Shown here piece after piece: positions 1-13,113 of a stretch of DNA of 64,000 nucleotides. The notes under the pieces are model-generated. The model made no database searches. It saw only the letters and a list, made by a program, of their open reading frames with translations, and had not been told where the DNA came from. The stretch comes from Pseudomonas aeruginosa PAO1 (GTDB lineage: Bacteria; Pseudomonadota; Gammaproteobacteria; Pseudomonadales; Pseudomonadaceae), in assembly GCF_000006765.1 (NCBI RefSeq), contig NC_002516.2. The stretch is one strand, 5' to 3'. Both the position numbers and the translations under genes were made by a program. How positions within the stretch are numbered: position 1 is the first letter of the stretch; each line of letters starts with the position of its first letter.

Positions 1-480
1 TGGGTAGTGGAAAGCGCCGAGCAGATGCTGCGGCCGCTGGCCTATCCGGATGCCGACCTGACCTGGGTGAGCCACTGCGTACCGGGTACGCCGGGTTTCG
101 AGCTGCTCGACGAACTGCCGCGGCCGATCGACTACGACTTCTTCGTCTGGAAGGGCGTGGAGCCGGACCTGCATCCCTACGGCGCCTGCTACCACGATCT
201 GGCGGAACGCCGCAGCACCGGGGTCATCGAATACCTGAGGCAGAATGGCGTGAGCCATGTGCTGGTGGGTGGCCTGGCGCTGGACTACTGCGTGAAGAAC
301 ACCGCCCTGCAACTGCGCCGCGCCGGTTTCGAGGTGCTGCTCTACCTGCCCGCCTGCCGGGCCATCGCCGAGGACACCGCGCAGCGGGCCTGCGACGAGA
401 TGCGCGACGCCGGGGTGATCCTCTGCGCCGACCTGGAACGACTGGATAGCGCCCTCGCCGGCGCCGACAAGGAGAAGTGA
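1..480 (+). CDS. pncA: Nicotinamidase/pyrazinamidase (isochorismatase family), 5'-truncated by the window edge
   Basis: Frame 1 is open from base 1. Has FVWKG and GLALDYCV (catalytic Cys) motifs and lies directly upstream of pncB1-nadE. Confidence 0.85.
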   Translation, partial: WVVESAEQMLRPLAYPDADLTWVSHCVPGTPGFELLDELPRPIDYDFFVWKGVEPDLHPYGACYHDLAERRSTGVIEYLRQNGVSHVLVGGLALDYCVKNTALQLRRAGFEVLLYLPACRAIAEDTAQRACDEMRDAGVILCADLERLDSALAGADKEK

Positions 481-482
481 AC

Positions 483-1682
483 ATGGCCGAAAGCGTCTTT
501 GCCGAGCGCATTGTGCAGAACCTGCTCGATACCGATTTCTACAAGCTGACCATGATGCAGGCGGTGCTGCACAACTACCCCAACGCCGAAGTGGAGTGGG
601 AATTCCGCTGCCGCAACGCCGAGGACCTGCGTCCGTACCTGGCGGAGATCCGCTACCAGATCGAGCGCCTCGCCGAAGTCGAGGTAACCGCCGACCAGCT
701 CGCCTTCCTCGAACGCATCCCGTTCATGAAGCCGGACTTCATCCGCTTCCTCAGCCTGTTCCGCTTCAACCTGCGCTACGTGCACACCGGCATCGAGGAT
801 GGCCAACTGGCAATCCGCCTGCGCGGCCCATGGCTGCACGTGATCCTCTTCGAGGTGCCGCTGCTGGCCATCGTCAGCGAGGTGCGCAACCGTTATCGCT
901 ACCGCGAGGTGGTCCTGGAACAGGTCGGCGAGCAGCTCTATCGCAAGCTCGACTGGCTCTCCGCCCAGGCCAGCAGCGAGGAACTCGCGGAATTCCAGGT
1001 CGCCGACTTCGGCACCCGCCGGCGCTTCTCCTACCGCACCCAGGAGGAAGTGGTGCATATCCTCAAGCGCGACTTCCCCGGGCGCTTCGTCGGCACCAGC
1101 AACGTGCACCTGGCCCGCGAGTACGACCTCAAGCCGATCGGCACCATGGCCCACGAATGGCTGATGGCCCACCAGCAACTCGGCCCGCGGCTGGTCGACA
1201 GCCAGCAAGCGGCGCTGGACTGCTGGGTCCGCGAGTACCGCGGACAGCTCGGCATAGCCCTGACCGACTGCATTACCATGGATGCCTTCCTCGACGACTT
1301 CGACCTGTACTTCGCCAAGCTCTTCGACGGCCTGCGCCACGATTCGGGCGACCCGCTGGCCTGGGCGGAGAAAGCCATCGCCCACTACCGCCGCCTGGGT
1401 ATCGACCCGCTGAGCAAGACCCTGGTGTTCTCCGACGGGCTGGACATGCCCAAGGCGTTGCAGCTGTTCCGCGCGCTACGTGGCAAGATCAACGTCAGCT
1501 TCGGCATCGGCACCAACCTGACCTGCGACATCCCGGGGGTCGAGCCGATGAACATCGTCCTGAAGATGACGGCCTGCAACGGCCATCCGGTGGCGAAGAT
1601 ATCCGACGCCCCGGGCAAGACCCAATGCCGCGACGAGAACTTCGTCGCCTACCTCCGCCACGTCTTCAACGTGCCGGCCTAA
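483..1682 (+). CDS. pncB1: Nicotinate phosphoribosyltransferase
   Basis: [31 protein letters not shown] motifs. ATG 483 chosen because AAGGAG is at 469-474. Confidence 0.95.
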   Translation: MAESVFAERIVQNLLDTDFYKLTMMQAVLHNYPNAEVEWEFRCRNAEDLRPYLAEIRYQIERLAEVEVTADQLAFLERIPFMKPDFIRFLSLFRFNLRYVHTGIEDGQLAIRLRGPWLHVILFEVPLLAIVSEVRNRYRYREVVLEQVGEQLYRKLDWLSAQASSEELAEFQVADFGTRRRFSYRTQEEVVHILKRDFPGRFVGTSNVHLAREYDLKPIGTMAHEWLMAHQQLGPRLVDSQQAALDCWVREYRGQLGIALTDCITMDAFLDDFDLYFAKLFDGLRHDSGDPLAWAEKAIAHYRRLGIDPLSKTLVFSDGLDMPKALQLFRALRGKINVSFGIGTNLTCDIPGVEPMNIVLKMTACNGHPVAKISDAPGKTQCRDENFVAYLRHVFNVPA

Positions 1683-1710
1683 TCCTTTCGCACCTAACGG
1701 GAGCCCGAAC

Positions 1711-2538
1711 ATGCAACAGATCCAACGCGACATCGCCCAAGCCCTGCAGGTCCAGCCGCCGTTCCAGTCGGAGGCCGACGTGCAGGCGCAGATCGCCCGG
1801 CGCATCGCCTTCATCCAGCAGTGCCTGAAGGATTCCGGGCTGAAGACCCTGGTGCTGGGGATCAGCGGCGGCGTCGACTCGCTCACCGCCGGCCTGCTGG
1901 CCCAGCGCGCCGTCGAGCAACTGCGCGAGCAGACCGGCGACCAGGCCTACCGCTTCATCGCCGTGCGCCTGCCCTACCAGGTGCAGCAGGACGAGGCCGA
2001 TGCCCAGGCCTCGCTGGCGACCATCCGCGCCGACGAAGAGCAGACCGTCAACATCGGTCCGTCGGTGAAAGCCCTGGCGGAACAGCTGGAAGCCCTGGAA
2101 GGACTCGAGCCGGCGAAGAGCGACTTCGTCATCGGCAATATCAAGGCGCGCATCCGCATGGTCGCCCAGTACGCCATCGCCGGCGCCCGCGGCGGCCTGG
2201 TGATCGGCACCGACCATGCTGCCGAGGCGGTCATGGGGTTCTTCACCAAGTTCGGCGACGGCGCCTGCGACCTGGCTCCGCTCAGCGGCCTGGCCAAGCA
2301 TCAGGTACGCGCCCTCGCCCGCGCCCTCGGCGCTCCGGAGAACCTGGTGGAGAAGATCCCCACCGCCGACCTCGAGGACCTGCGCCCCGGCCATCCGGAC
2401 GAGGCTTCCCACGGCGTCACCTATGCCGAGATCGACGCCTTCCTGCACGGCCAGCCGCTGCGCGAGGAAGCTGCGCGGGTGATCGTCGACACCTACCACA
2501 AGACCCAGCACAAGCGCGAACTGCCGAAGGCGCCCTGA
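1711..2538 (+). CDS. nadE: NH3-dependent NAD+ synthetase
   Basis: [11 protein letters not shown]-loop, [31 protein letters not shown]. Confidence 0.97.
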   Translation: MQQIQRDIAQALQVQPPFQSEADVQAQIARRIAFIQQCLKDSGLKTLVLGISGGVDSLTAGLLAQRAVEQLREQTGDQAYRFIAVRLPYQVQQDEADAQASLATIRADEEQTVNIGPSVKALAEQLEALEGLEPAKSDFVIGNIKARIRMVAQYAIAGARGGLVIGTDHAAEAVMGFFTKFGDGACDLAPLSGLAKHQVRALARALGAPENLVEKIPTADLEDLRPGHPDEASHGVTYAEIDAFLHGQPLREEAARVIVDTYHKTQHKRELPKAP

Positions 2539-2557
2539 GCCTCCCGGTCCGTGCGGC

Positions 2558-2582
2558 AGGCCCGTCGTCGACGGGCCTTTGT
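2558..2582 (+). terminator. Probable intrinsic terminator after nadE
   Basis: AGGCCCGTC-gtc-GACGGGCCT stem followed by TTGT. The U-tract is short. Confidence 0.55.
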
Positions 2583-2671
2583 CGCGGGCGGGAATGTGCC
2601 TGTCGCAACCAGGTCTTCAAGTCCGCGCGGCGGCGCGCTAGAAGGAAGCTGTATCCCTGCGAAGGCCAGCC

Positions 2672-3595
2672 ATGCGCACCCGTCTCCCCGCTCTGCTCCT
2701 CGGTGTCCTGCTGGCCGGCCAGGCCTGCGGACACACATCCCCGCTGCTCGCGCCGGTACGGCAGATCCACGCCTTCGGCGACAGCTATTCGGACAACGGC
2801 GAAAGCCAGCGACTGACCCGCGAGATGCTCGCCAAGGGCATCGCCGGCGCCCAGGCATTGCCCGGCGAAGTCTACTGGCAGGGCCGCTGGAGCAACGGCC
2901 CGACCGCCGTCGAGGTGCTCGCCCGCCAGCTTGGTGCGCAACTGGCCGACCATGCGGTGGGCGGCGCCAAGAGCGGAGCGGACAACTACTACGGCTGGAT
3001 GAGCGCCTACCGCCATACCGGCCTCGCCGGCCAGGTCGACGCCTACCTCGCCACGCTGGACGGCAAGCCGGTCGATGGCCAGGCGCTGCACTTCATCTTC
3101 GTCTCCGCCAACGATTTCTTCGAGCACGAGGATTTCGCCGGCGAGCAGCCCCTGGAACAACTGGCCGGCAGCAGCGTGGCGAACATCCGCGCCGCGGTGC
3201 AGCGTCTCGGAGAGGCCGGCGCACGACGCTTCCTGGTGGTCAGTTCGACCGACCTGAGCGTGGTCCCGGCGGTGGTCGCCGGTAACCGGGTCGAGCGGGC
3301 GCAGCGCTACCTGCAGGCAGTCAACGCCAGCCTGCCGATCCAGCTCGCCGCCCTGCGCAAGACCCGCGGCCTGGAGCTGAGCTGGTTCGACCATCTCACC
3401 TTCAGCCGCCACTTGCGGCGCAACCCGGCGCGCTATGGCCTGGTGGAGCTGGACGCGCCCTGCCAGCCGACCCAGCCCAGCGTCCGCCCGGCCTGCGCCA
3501 ACCCGGACCAGTACTACTTCTGGGACGAGTGGCATCCGACCCGGCGCGTGCACCAACTGGCCGGCGAGGCGATGGCGGCACGCTACGCGCGCTGA
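2672..3595 (+). CDS. choE: Secreted SGNH/GDSL hydrolase, cholinesterase ChoE
   Basis: Signal peptide, FGDSYSD (Ser nucleophile), RWSNG, ANDFF, FWDEWHPT (Asp-His). Confidence 0.9.
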   Translation: MRTRLPALLLGVLLAGQACGHTSPLLAPVRQIHAFGDSYSDNGESQRLTREMLAKGIAGAQALPGEVYWQGRWSNGPTAVEVLARQLGAQLADHAVGGAKSGADNYYGWMSAYRHTGLAGQVDAYLATLDGKPVDGQALHFIFVSANDFFEHEDFAGEQPLEQLAGSSVANIRAAVQRLGEAGARRFLVVSSTDLSVVPAVVAGNRVERAQRYLQAVNASLPIQLAALRKTRGLELSWFDHLTFSRHLRRNPARYGLVELDAPCQPTQPSVRPACANPDQYYFWDEWHPTRRVHQLAGEAMAARYAR

Positions 3596-3610
3596 GCCCG
3601 GCGCGCGCCC

Positions 3611-3644
3611 ATGAAAAAGCCCGGCAGCGGCCGGGCTTTTTCAT
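3611..3644. terminator. Bidirectional intrinsic terminator between choE and azu
   Basis: Perfect 14-bp inverted repeat ATGAAAAAGCCCGG-cagcgg-CCGGGCTTTTTCAT with A/T tracts on both sides. Confidence 0.9.
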
Positions 3645-3663
3645 GCAGCGGATCGCTCGCGCA

Positions 3664-4110
3664 TCACTTCAGGGTCAGGGTGCCCTTCATCAGCGCGGAG
3701 TGGCCCGGGAAGGTGCAGAAGAACATGTACTGCTCGCCTTCCTTCAGCTTGGAGACGTCGAAGGTCACCGAGTCCTTCTCGCCCGAGCCGATCAGCTTGG
3801 TGTGGGCGATGACACGGCTGTCGTCGGGCTTCAGGTAATCCTTGTCCAGGCCGGAAGCCATGCCGTCGGTGACCACGCCCTGCATGTCGGCGGCGGTGCT
3901 CAGTACCCAGTTGTGGCCCATGACGTTCTTCGGCAGGTTGCCGGGGTGGGACAGGTTGACGGTGAACTGCTTGCAGCTCTTGTCGACGGTGATGGCATTG
4001 GTGTTGAACTGCATCTGGTCGTTACCCTGGATGTCCACCGAGCACTCGGCAGCCAGCAGTGGCGCACTGAGCAGGGACAGCAGGGATACCGCAGCGAGTT
4101 TACGTAGCAT
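3664..4110 (-). CDS. azu: Azurin precursor (blue copper protein)
   Basis: Signal [20 protein letters not shown], mature [15 protein letters not shown], Cu ligands in MGHNW and [18 protein letters not shown] upstream. Confidence 0.99.
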   Translation of the reverse strand: MLRKLAAVSLLSLLSAPLLAAECSVDIQGNDQMQFNTNAITVDKSCKQFTVNLSHPGNLPKNVMGHNWVLSTAADMQGVVTDGMASGLDKDYLKPDDSRVIAHTKLIGSGEKDSVTFDVSKLKEGEQYMFFCTFPGHSALMKGTLTLK

Positions 4111-4148
4111 GGAGCAGCCTCCTAGGCAGGTTGGGCGATGAATCCTGA

Positions 4149-4973
<825 letters not shown>

Positions 4974-4985
4974 TCCGCTCCTCTC

Positions 4986-5681
4986 TCAGGACGGCGGCAG
5001 CAGGCTCAGCGGGTCGAGCGGCCGGCCGTTCTGGCGGATCTCGAAGTACAGCTGCACCCGGTCGGCATCCGAGGAACCGGCCTCGGCGATCTTCTGGCCC
5101 TTGCCGACCATCTGCCCCTCCTTCACCAGCAAGCGGCTGTTGTGCGCGTAGGTGCTGGTGTACGAGGTACCGTGCTGGATGATCACCAGGTTGCCGTAGC
5201 CACGCATGTTGTTCACCGCGAACACCACCTTGCCGGCCAGCGAGGCCTGCACCGGCTGGCCCAGGGTGCCGGCGATGCGGATGCCCTTGTTGAGCTTGTC
5301 GGAACTGGAGAAGCGGCGGATCACCGGCCCCTTCATCGGCCACTGCCAGCCGCGCAGGGTCACCGACGGCGGCGGAGGCGGCGGCTTGCGCGCACGGGTG
5401 TTAGACGAGGAGCGGCTGCTGGCGACGTAGGTCGACTTGCGCCCGTCGAAGCGCACCACCTGGCCGACCTTGACCGCGTAGGGCGGGCGGATGCCGTTGG
5501 CGCGCGCCAGGTCCTTGTAGTTCCAGCCGTGCCGGGTGGCGATCGAATAGAGGGTGTCGCCGCGCTTGACGCGATACTCGCCGCGCACGACCTTCGGCAC
5601 CGACGCCCCCGGGCCGGGAGCCTTGGAGCTGCACGCGGATACCGCCAGCAGGACGGCGATCAAGAGCAATCTGAAGAACAC
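4986..5681 (-). CDS. nlpCS: Lipoprotein with LysM and degenerate M23/LytM domain (amidase activator, NlpD-like)
   Basis: Lipobox AVSAC, LysM YRVKRGDTLYSIA, Pro linker, WQWPMKG...GYGNLVIIQH...YAHN...LYFEIR. Confidence 0.75.
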   Translation of the reverse strand: MFFRLLLIAVLLAVSACSSKAPGPGASVPKVVRGEYRVKRGDTLYSIATRHGWNYKDLARANGIRPPYAVKVGQVVRFDGRKSTYVASSRSSSNTRARKPPPPPPSVTLRGWQWPMKGPVIRRFSSSDKLNKGIRIAGTLGQPVQASLAGKVVFAVNNMRGYGNLVIIQHGTSYTSTYAHNSRLLVKEGQMVGKGQKIAEAGSSDADRVQLYFEIRQNGRPLDPLSLLPPS

Positions 5682-5867
5682 ACGGAATCCTTTTCCCGAT
5701 GAAACCCGGCCGGCTGCGGCGACGGTTGCAGGCCCGCACTATACCTTGTTCGCCGGGGTGCCCGTTGGACTCGCCGATGGCCCGTTTTCTCCGCGCGGCC
5801 CGCCACCCGGTCCGCGCACAAACGCCAACGCCCCGCAGGACGGGGCGTCGGTGCCGAGCGGGAAACG

Positions 5868-6719
5868 TCAGGCGCCGGCGGACTGCTGCACGATCACCGT
5901 CTGCGCCGGCATCGGTGCCGGGAAGTCGGCGCCGAGGGCGTCCTTGATCACCTTGTTGGTATCGAAATAGACCTGCCAGTAATGGTCGTTGTGGCAATAC
6001 GGGCGCACCGCCAGCACCGGCCCGACCAGGTTGAACTCGAGGATCTCCACGTCCACCGGCGGCTCGCCGAGCACGTTGGGAATCGCCGCGACGCGCTGCT
6101 TGAGCAGGGCGATGGCCGCCTGGTAGTCGGCGGCACCGGAAAGCTGCGCCTTCAACTCGACCCGGCGGAACGGGTTGTGGGTGAAGTTCTGGATGTTGTC
6201 GCCGAATATCTTGTTGTTGCCGACCATGGTCAGCACGTTGTCCGGAGTGTTGATCGCCGTGGTGAACAGGCCGATCTCCTTGACCGTGCCGGTCACTCCG
6301 CCGGCGCAGATGAAGTCGCCGACCTTGAACGGCCGCAGGACGATGATGAAGCCGCCGGCCGCCAGGTTCGCCAGCAATCCCGACCAGGCCATGCCGATGG
6401 CCAGGCCGACCGCCGCGATCAGCGCCGCCAGGCTGGTGGTCTGGATGCCGAAGAAACCGAGGATGCCCACCACCAGCAGCACGTTCAGGGTCACCGTGAT
6501 GAACGAACCCACGTAGCGCAGCACGGTGGGATCGACCTTTTGCCGCTCGAGGGATTTCTGCACCATGCCGACGGCGAAGCCGATCAGCCAGCGGCCGATC
6601 ACCCAGAAGGCGATGGCCGCGAGAATCTTGATGCCGAAGGCGAAGGCGTACTGGGACACCGTCGCCCAGAGCGCGTTGATCTTCTCGGTACCTACGTTGA
6701 CGATCGTCGTGTCATCCAT
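5868..6719 (-). CDS. Small-conductance mechanosensitive channel (MscS family)
   Basis: Three TM helices, GLAIGMAWSGLLANLAAG, RPFKVGDFI, GTVKEIGLFTT. Start placed at MDDTT (6719). Confidence 0.9.
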   Translation of the reverse strand: MDDTTIVNVGTEKINALWATVSQYAFAFGIKILAAIAFWVIGRWLIGFAVGMVQKSLERQKVDPTVLRYVGSFITVTLNVLLVVGILGFFGIQTTSLAALIAAVGLAIGMAWSGLLANLAAGGFIIVLRPFKVGDFICAGGVTGTVKEIGLFTTAINTPDNVLTMVGNNKIFGDNIQNFTHNPFRRVELKAQLSGAADYQAAIALLKQRVAAIPNVLGEPPVDVEILEFNLVGPVLAVRPYCHNDHYWQVYFDTNKVIKDALGADFPAPMPAQTVIVQQSAGA

Positions 6720-6969
6720 ATCGCTCACCGTGCGCAAGGAAGGAGTCTGGCTCCGTACGAGAACCGCCCCTGGCACCGGAAAGGCAGGCTCCGGCCCTTG
6801 GCCCGACAACGTCCGTAGCGGATTCTGGAAAAGCTAGCACGGCGCCGCGAATTTGCCGGAGCACCGCTTCGTTGTCCCCAAACGGCGTGGGCGAGGCTGT
6901 GGACAACCTGGGTGAAAAGGTCCGGGAGTCCCGGGCGGCAGGGCCTCCGCGAGACCGATCACTTTTTGA

Positions 6970-7905
6970 TCAGCCGGCTGTTTCCTGTAGCGGCAGCACC
7001 GTCACCCGCACCTCCGGGTCATGGCTACCGCCACCGAGGATCACCCCGCGCAACGGCGACACATCGGAAAAATCCCGCCCCCAGGCCAAGGTGATGTGCT
7101 CCAGGTCGGGCAACAGGTCGTTGGTCGGGTCGAAATCCACCCAGCCGTTCTCCGGGCAATACAGCGAGACCCAGGCATGCGAGGCGTCGGCACCGATCAG
7201 TCGCGCCTGTCCGGGCGGCGGGCGGGTCAGCAGGTAGCCGCTGACGTAGCGCGCCGCCAGTCCGCGCGCGCGCAGGCAGGCGAGCATCAGGTGGGCGAAG
7301 TCCTGGCAGACCCCGCGACGGCGCTCCAGCACTTCGTCCAGCGGCGTCGCCACCTGGGTGGCCTGCGCATCGAAGGCGAACTCGCGGAAGATCTTCTCCA
7401 TCAGTGCCGCCGCCGCCACCAGCAACGGCCGTCCGGGCGGGAAGCAGTCGGCGGCGAACTCGGCGAATCGCCGCTGGATGCGCACATAGGGCGACTCGAC
7501 GCGATAGCGGCAGGCTTCCAGCTCGGCGGCGGACAGCGCCCGCCCGGAAAATGCCAGCCCGGCGGCGACGGTTTCCCATGCCGGCGACGCGGTCAGTTGC
7601 GCCGGCGCATGGGCGAACACTTCGACCTGCAGTCGCGCGCTGACCCGCAGCGCCTCGTGGGGACGCTCGAAGGCCAGCCGGCTCAGCGGATTGCCGAATG
7701 CGTCGTGGCCATCCTCGCGCCGGCTCGGCCCCGGCTCGATCAGCAGTGCCCGCTCATGACAGGCCTGCCAGGCGCATTCGCGTGGCCAGAGATGCGCCAG
7801 TTGCCGCGACAGCGAGACCGGCATCGCATAGCGGTAATGGGTGTCGTGCAGCACCTGGTAGCGGGCGCCCTGGAGCGGAACGGAGCGAAGCGCGGGTGCG
7901 GACAT
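6970..7905 (-). CDS. Transglutaminase-like protein (bacterial N-terminal domain plus TGase core)
   Basis: HDTHYRY N-terminus. Triad motifs GVCQDFAH (Cys), SHAW (His), FDPTN (Asp). Confidence 0.9.
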   Translation of the reverse strand: MSAPALRSVPLQGARYQVLHDTHYRYAMPVSLSRQLAHLWPRECAWQACHERALLIEPGPSRREDGHDAFGNPLSRLAFERPHEALRVSARLQVEVFAHAPAQLTASPAWETVAAGLAFSGRALSAAELEACRYRVESPYVRIQRRFAEFAADCFPPGRPLLVAAAALMEKIFREFAFDAQATQVATPLDEVLERRRGVCQDFAHLMLACLRARGLAARYVSGYLLTRPPPGQARLIGADASHAWVSLYCPENGWVDFDPTNDLLPDLEHITLAWGRDFSDVSPLRGVILGGGSHDPEVRVTVLPLQETAG

Positions 7906-10397
7906 CAGGTGGATACCGTTCTCTGGCTGACATCGTCGACATGGGCGAAATAGCGCAAGCCTAGCCGATCGGAGACCTGTCCGGCGCAGGCGGCGATGTC
8001 GCGCAGCAGTCGCGCCAGCCCGACGAGCACCTCGTCGAGTCCTGCCGCGCCGAACAGCGGGCTTTCCAGGGCCGCCAGATCGAAGCTGCGCAGGCGTTCG
8101 CCCAGGGTCCTGAGTTCCCGCTCGCGTGGCGCGCCGAACTCCTCGTGCAGGCGCTCCAGCGAACGCTCCAGGGCCTGCAACTGGAAGCGCAGCGAGTGCG
8201 GGTTCTGCTCGTGCAACAGGAGCAGGTCGAGCACCGGGACCAGCTGCGGCGACGCCAGGTAGCGCGAGCGGTAGGTGATGCCGCTGTTACCCAGCTCCAG
8301 CAGCCACTCCAGCGCGCCGGCGTCCCAGGCGCTACCGAGGAAGGCGGCGATGCTCTCGGCGAAGAAGCGCACGCGCTCGATGCGCCGGCCGATCATCAGG
8401 AAACGCCAGCCGTCGTCGCGGGTCATGTCGTCGAGGGCGAAACCGGACAACGCGGCCAGGGACATCACTAGCCGGTTGAGGAAGTCCAGCGCTTCGCCGA
8501 GGTCGGTGCGTGCCGGATCGAGCGCCTGCATGTCGCGTTGCAGCTCCAGCAAGGCCAGCCAGTTCTCCCCGGACAAGCGCCCGCGCACCTGCGCCGCCGC
8601 CCAGTGCAGGCGCCGCAGGTTGGCGCACAGGCTCGCCGGCCAGTGCTCGTCGAGCAACGCCCGCAACAGGCACCTTTCCAACGGCTCGCCATCCCCGGGC
8701 AGCAGGCCGATGCCGCCGGCCAGGGCCAGGGCGCTGCGCAACGCCTCTTCGTCGCCATCGGCATCCACGTAGCGCGACAGCACCACCCGCAACAGGCGCG
8801 CATGGTCGTCGCAACGCTCGGCATAGCGGCCGTACCAGAACAGGTTCTCCACCACCCGCGACGGCAGGTAGGGGTCTTCGCGGACCAGGTCGCGCACGCC
8901 GAGCCGGCGCGGTCGCAACGGCTCGCCGCCGACTGCTCGCTCGGCCAGCACCCAGGTGTCCTTGCTCGCCCCGCCGCGCTGCATCGACACCACTTCGGCG
9001 TCCGCCGCCGAGGCTACGCGGGTCAGGCCGCCGGGCATCACCCAGTAGCGGCCGTCGCTGGCGGCGACGGCGAATACGCGCATGCCGATGGCCCGCGACT
9101 GCAGGCCGACGCCGGCCTTGCCGTCGCGCCAGACCGGTGCCTGGGACAACTGCGCCAGGCGTTGCGCCACGTAGGCCTGCGGGCGCTCGCGCAAGCGCTC
9201 GCCGAGGGATGCCAGGCCGGCACTGTCGAGGGCGTGGCCGAACAGAGGTTCGCAGCGCTGGCCGGGAAAGGCCGGCTTGATCACCAGGTCGGGCAGTGCC
9301 GCGAGTATCGCCTCGAGGGCTTGCGGCTCGCCGCACCAGCGGGTGTCAAGCGAGGGCAGCGCCAGTTCCTCGCCAAGCAGGCGGCGACAGGCCTGCGGCA
9401 GGAAGCCGAGCAGGCCGGGCGACTCCAGCACTCCGCTGCCCAGTGCGTTGGCCACCAGCACGCGTCCCTGGCGTACCGCCTCGAGCAGGCCGGGAATGCC
9501 CAGCGCCGAGTCGGTACGTAATTCCAGTGGGTCGCAGAAATCGTCATCGAGGCGCCGCAATACCGCGTGCACCCGTTTCAGGCCGCCGAGGGTCTTGAGA
9601 TAGAGGGTGGCGTCGCGCACCGTCAGGTCGTGCCCCTCGACCAGCGGAAAACCGAGCTGGCGCGCCAGGTAGAGATGCTCGAAGTAGGTTTCGTTGAAAC
9701 GTCCGGGAGTCAGCAGCACCACCAGCGGCGTCTCGCCGTCGCCGGCGGCCTGGCTGGCGAGGGTCTCCTGCAGGGTGCGGAAATACCCGGCGAGATGCTG
9801 CACGCGCAGGTCGCGATAGAGTTCCGGCAAGGCCCGCGAGACGATCTGCCGGTTCTCCAGCGCATAGCCCGCGCCGGACGGAGCCTGGGTGCGGTCGGCA
9901 AGGACCTGCCAGCGTCCGTCGGCATCGCGCGCCAGGTCCACGGCATAGCTGTGCAGGAAAATCCCGCCGGGCGGCCGGATGCCGAGCGCCGGCCAGAGGA
10001 AGTTCGGATGGCCGAAGACCAGTTCGCTGGGCAGCAGCCCTTCGGCGAGCAGACGCTGGTCGCCGTACAGGTCGGCCAGCAGCGCATTGAGCAGCCGAGC
10101 ACGCTGCGCCACACCAGCGGCGATCGGCTGCCACTCGGCGGCGGACAGCAGGTTCGGCAGAAGGTCCAGCGCCCAGGGGCGGTCGGTGCCCTTGGGATCG
10201 GCGTAAACGTTGTAGGTGACGCCGTTCTCCTGGATCTGCCGTTCCACCAGGGCCTGGCGCTGGCGCAGTTGCTCAGGGCTGCTGCGCTCCAGTTGGCGGA
10301 ACAGCCGCTGCCAATGGGGACGCACGCCGCCCTGGCGATCGAGCAACTCGTGGTAGGCCGTATCGGTGAACGGATAGTGGGCAAGCAGCTCGGGCAT
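7905..10397 (-). CDS. Circularly permuted type 2 ATP-grasp fused to alpha-E (DUF403-like) domain
   Basis: QENGVTYNVY, DRTQAPSGAGYALENR, ANALGSGVLE, PGGLTRV, SMQRGGASKDTW, and two ER motifs (GRYAER, GRRIER) in the helical C-terminus. Confidence 0.85.
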   Translation of the reverse strand: MPELLAHYPFTDTAYHELLDRQGGVRPHWQRLFRQLERSSPEQLRQRQALVERQIQENGVTYNVYADPKGTDRPWALDLLPNLLSAAEWQPIAAGVAQRARLLNALLADLYGDQRLLAEGLLPSELVFGHPNFLWPALGIRPPGGIFLHSYAVDLARDADGRWQVLADRTQAPSGAGYALENRQIVSRALPELYRDLRVQHLAGYFRTLQETLASQAAGDGETPLVVLLTPGRFNETYFEHLYLARQLGFPLVEGHDLTVRDATLYLKTLGGLKRVHAVLRRLDDDFCDPLELRTDSALGIPGLLEAVRQGRVLVANALGSGVLESPGLLGFLPQACRRLLGEELALPSLDTRWCGEPQALEAILAALPDLVIKPAFPGQRCEPLFGHALDSAGLASLGERLRERPQAYVAQRLAQLSQAPVWRDGKAGVGLQSRAIGMRVFAVAASDGRYWVMPGGLTRVASAADAEVVSMQRGGASKDTWVLAERAVGGEPLRPRRLGVRDLVREDPYLPSRVVENLFWYGRYAERCDDHARLLRVVLSRYVDADGDEEALRSALALAGGIGLLPGDGEPLERCLLRALLDEHWPASLCANLRRLHWAAAQVRGRLSGENWLALLELQRDMQALDPARTDLGEALDFLNRLVMSLAALSGFALDDMTRDDGWRFLMIGRRIERVRFFAESIAAFLGSAWDAGALEWLLELGNSGITYRSRYLASPQLVPVLDLLLLHEQNPHSLRFQLQALERSLERLHEEFGAPRERELRTLGERLRSFDLAALESPLFGAAGLDEVLVGLARLLRDIAACAGQVSDRLGLRYFAHVDDVSQRTVST

Positions 10398-10426
10398 CGA
10401 AGGCTCGCGGGGCTGGGGTTGCGGTC

Positions 10427-10433
10427 ACTGTAG
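10427..10433 (-). promoter_or_regulatory. Possible RpoS/sigma70-type -10 element for the ATP-grasp operon
   Basis: Minus strand CTACAGT, 30 nt upstream of the ATG. No clear -35. Confidence 0.3.
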
Positions 10434-10658
10434 CGGAGTCGGCGGCGCGACGCCGGAGCGAAGCGACGAGGCGTTGCCGGGTCCGCCACGACGGTTCTTC
10501 GTGAAGACCGGGATGCCCCGGAAGCGCAAGACTTGTGCCAGCGCCGTCAGGCCCGGGCGGCCAGGAGGTCGTGCCGCGGCAATGCACTGCGACGGTGCGC
10601 GACCGCAGGCAAGGTTGCAGCCGCGCACGCTTTGCGGGCGGCAGGGCCGCCCCGGCGA

Positions 10659-12902
<2,244 letters not shown>

Positions 12903-12957
12903 CACGGGCACCAGGGGGTATCTCTAGGAATGGGAGGGCGCGAAAACGCGGGCGCGG

Positions 12958-12966
12958 AATATAGCA
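12958..12966 (-). promoter_or_regulatory. Extended -10 promoter for ygiQ with GC-rich discriminator
   Basis: Minus strand TGC-TATATT followed by CCGCGCCC. Confidence 0.45.
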
Positions 12967-13053
12967 CAAAAAATGAGCAATTCCGACGTTTTCACTGGGT
13001 ATTGCCTATCGTCGGCTGGCCTCGCAAATTGCCATCATTTCGCCACCTTCTTT

Positions 13054-13060
13054 CTATACT
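13054..13060 (+). promoter_or_regulatory. RpoS-type -10 element upstream of the likely nicD start
   Basis: Exact CTATACT, 53 nt upstream of GTG 13114. Confidence 0.45.
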
Positions 13061-13113
13061 CCATCCATCGTCATCTCACCCGGCCTCCACCAGAGGCCCC
13101 CGGGAGATTCATC

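Noticed and set aside
6771-6790. TGGCAC as a possible RpoN -24 element
   Set aside because: No TTGC at the -12 position.
10425-10628. 67-aa Cys-containing ORF between the radical SAM and ATP-grasp genes, considered as a RiPP precursor
   Set aside because: GTG start with no SD, R/P/G/A composition typical of random GC-rich frames, no leader/core pattern, and it overlaps the likely promoter. Ribo-seq signal or cross-species conservation would reopen it.
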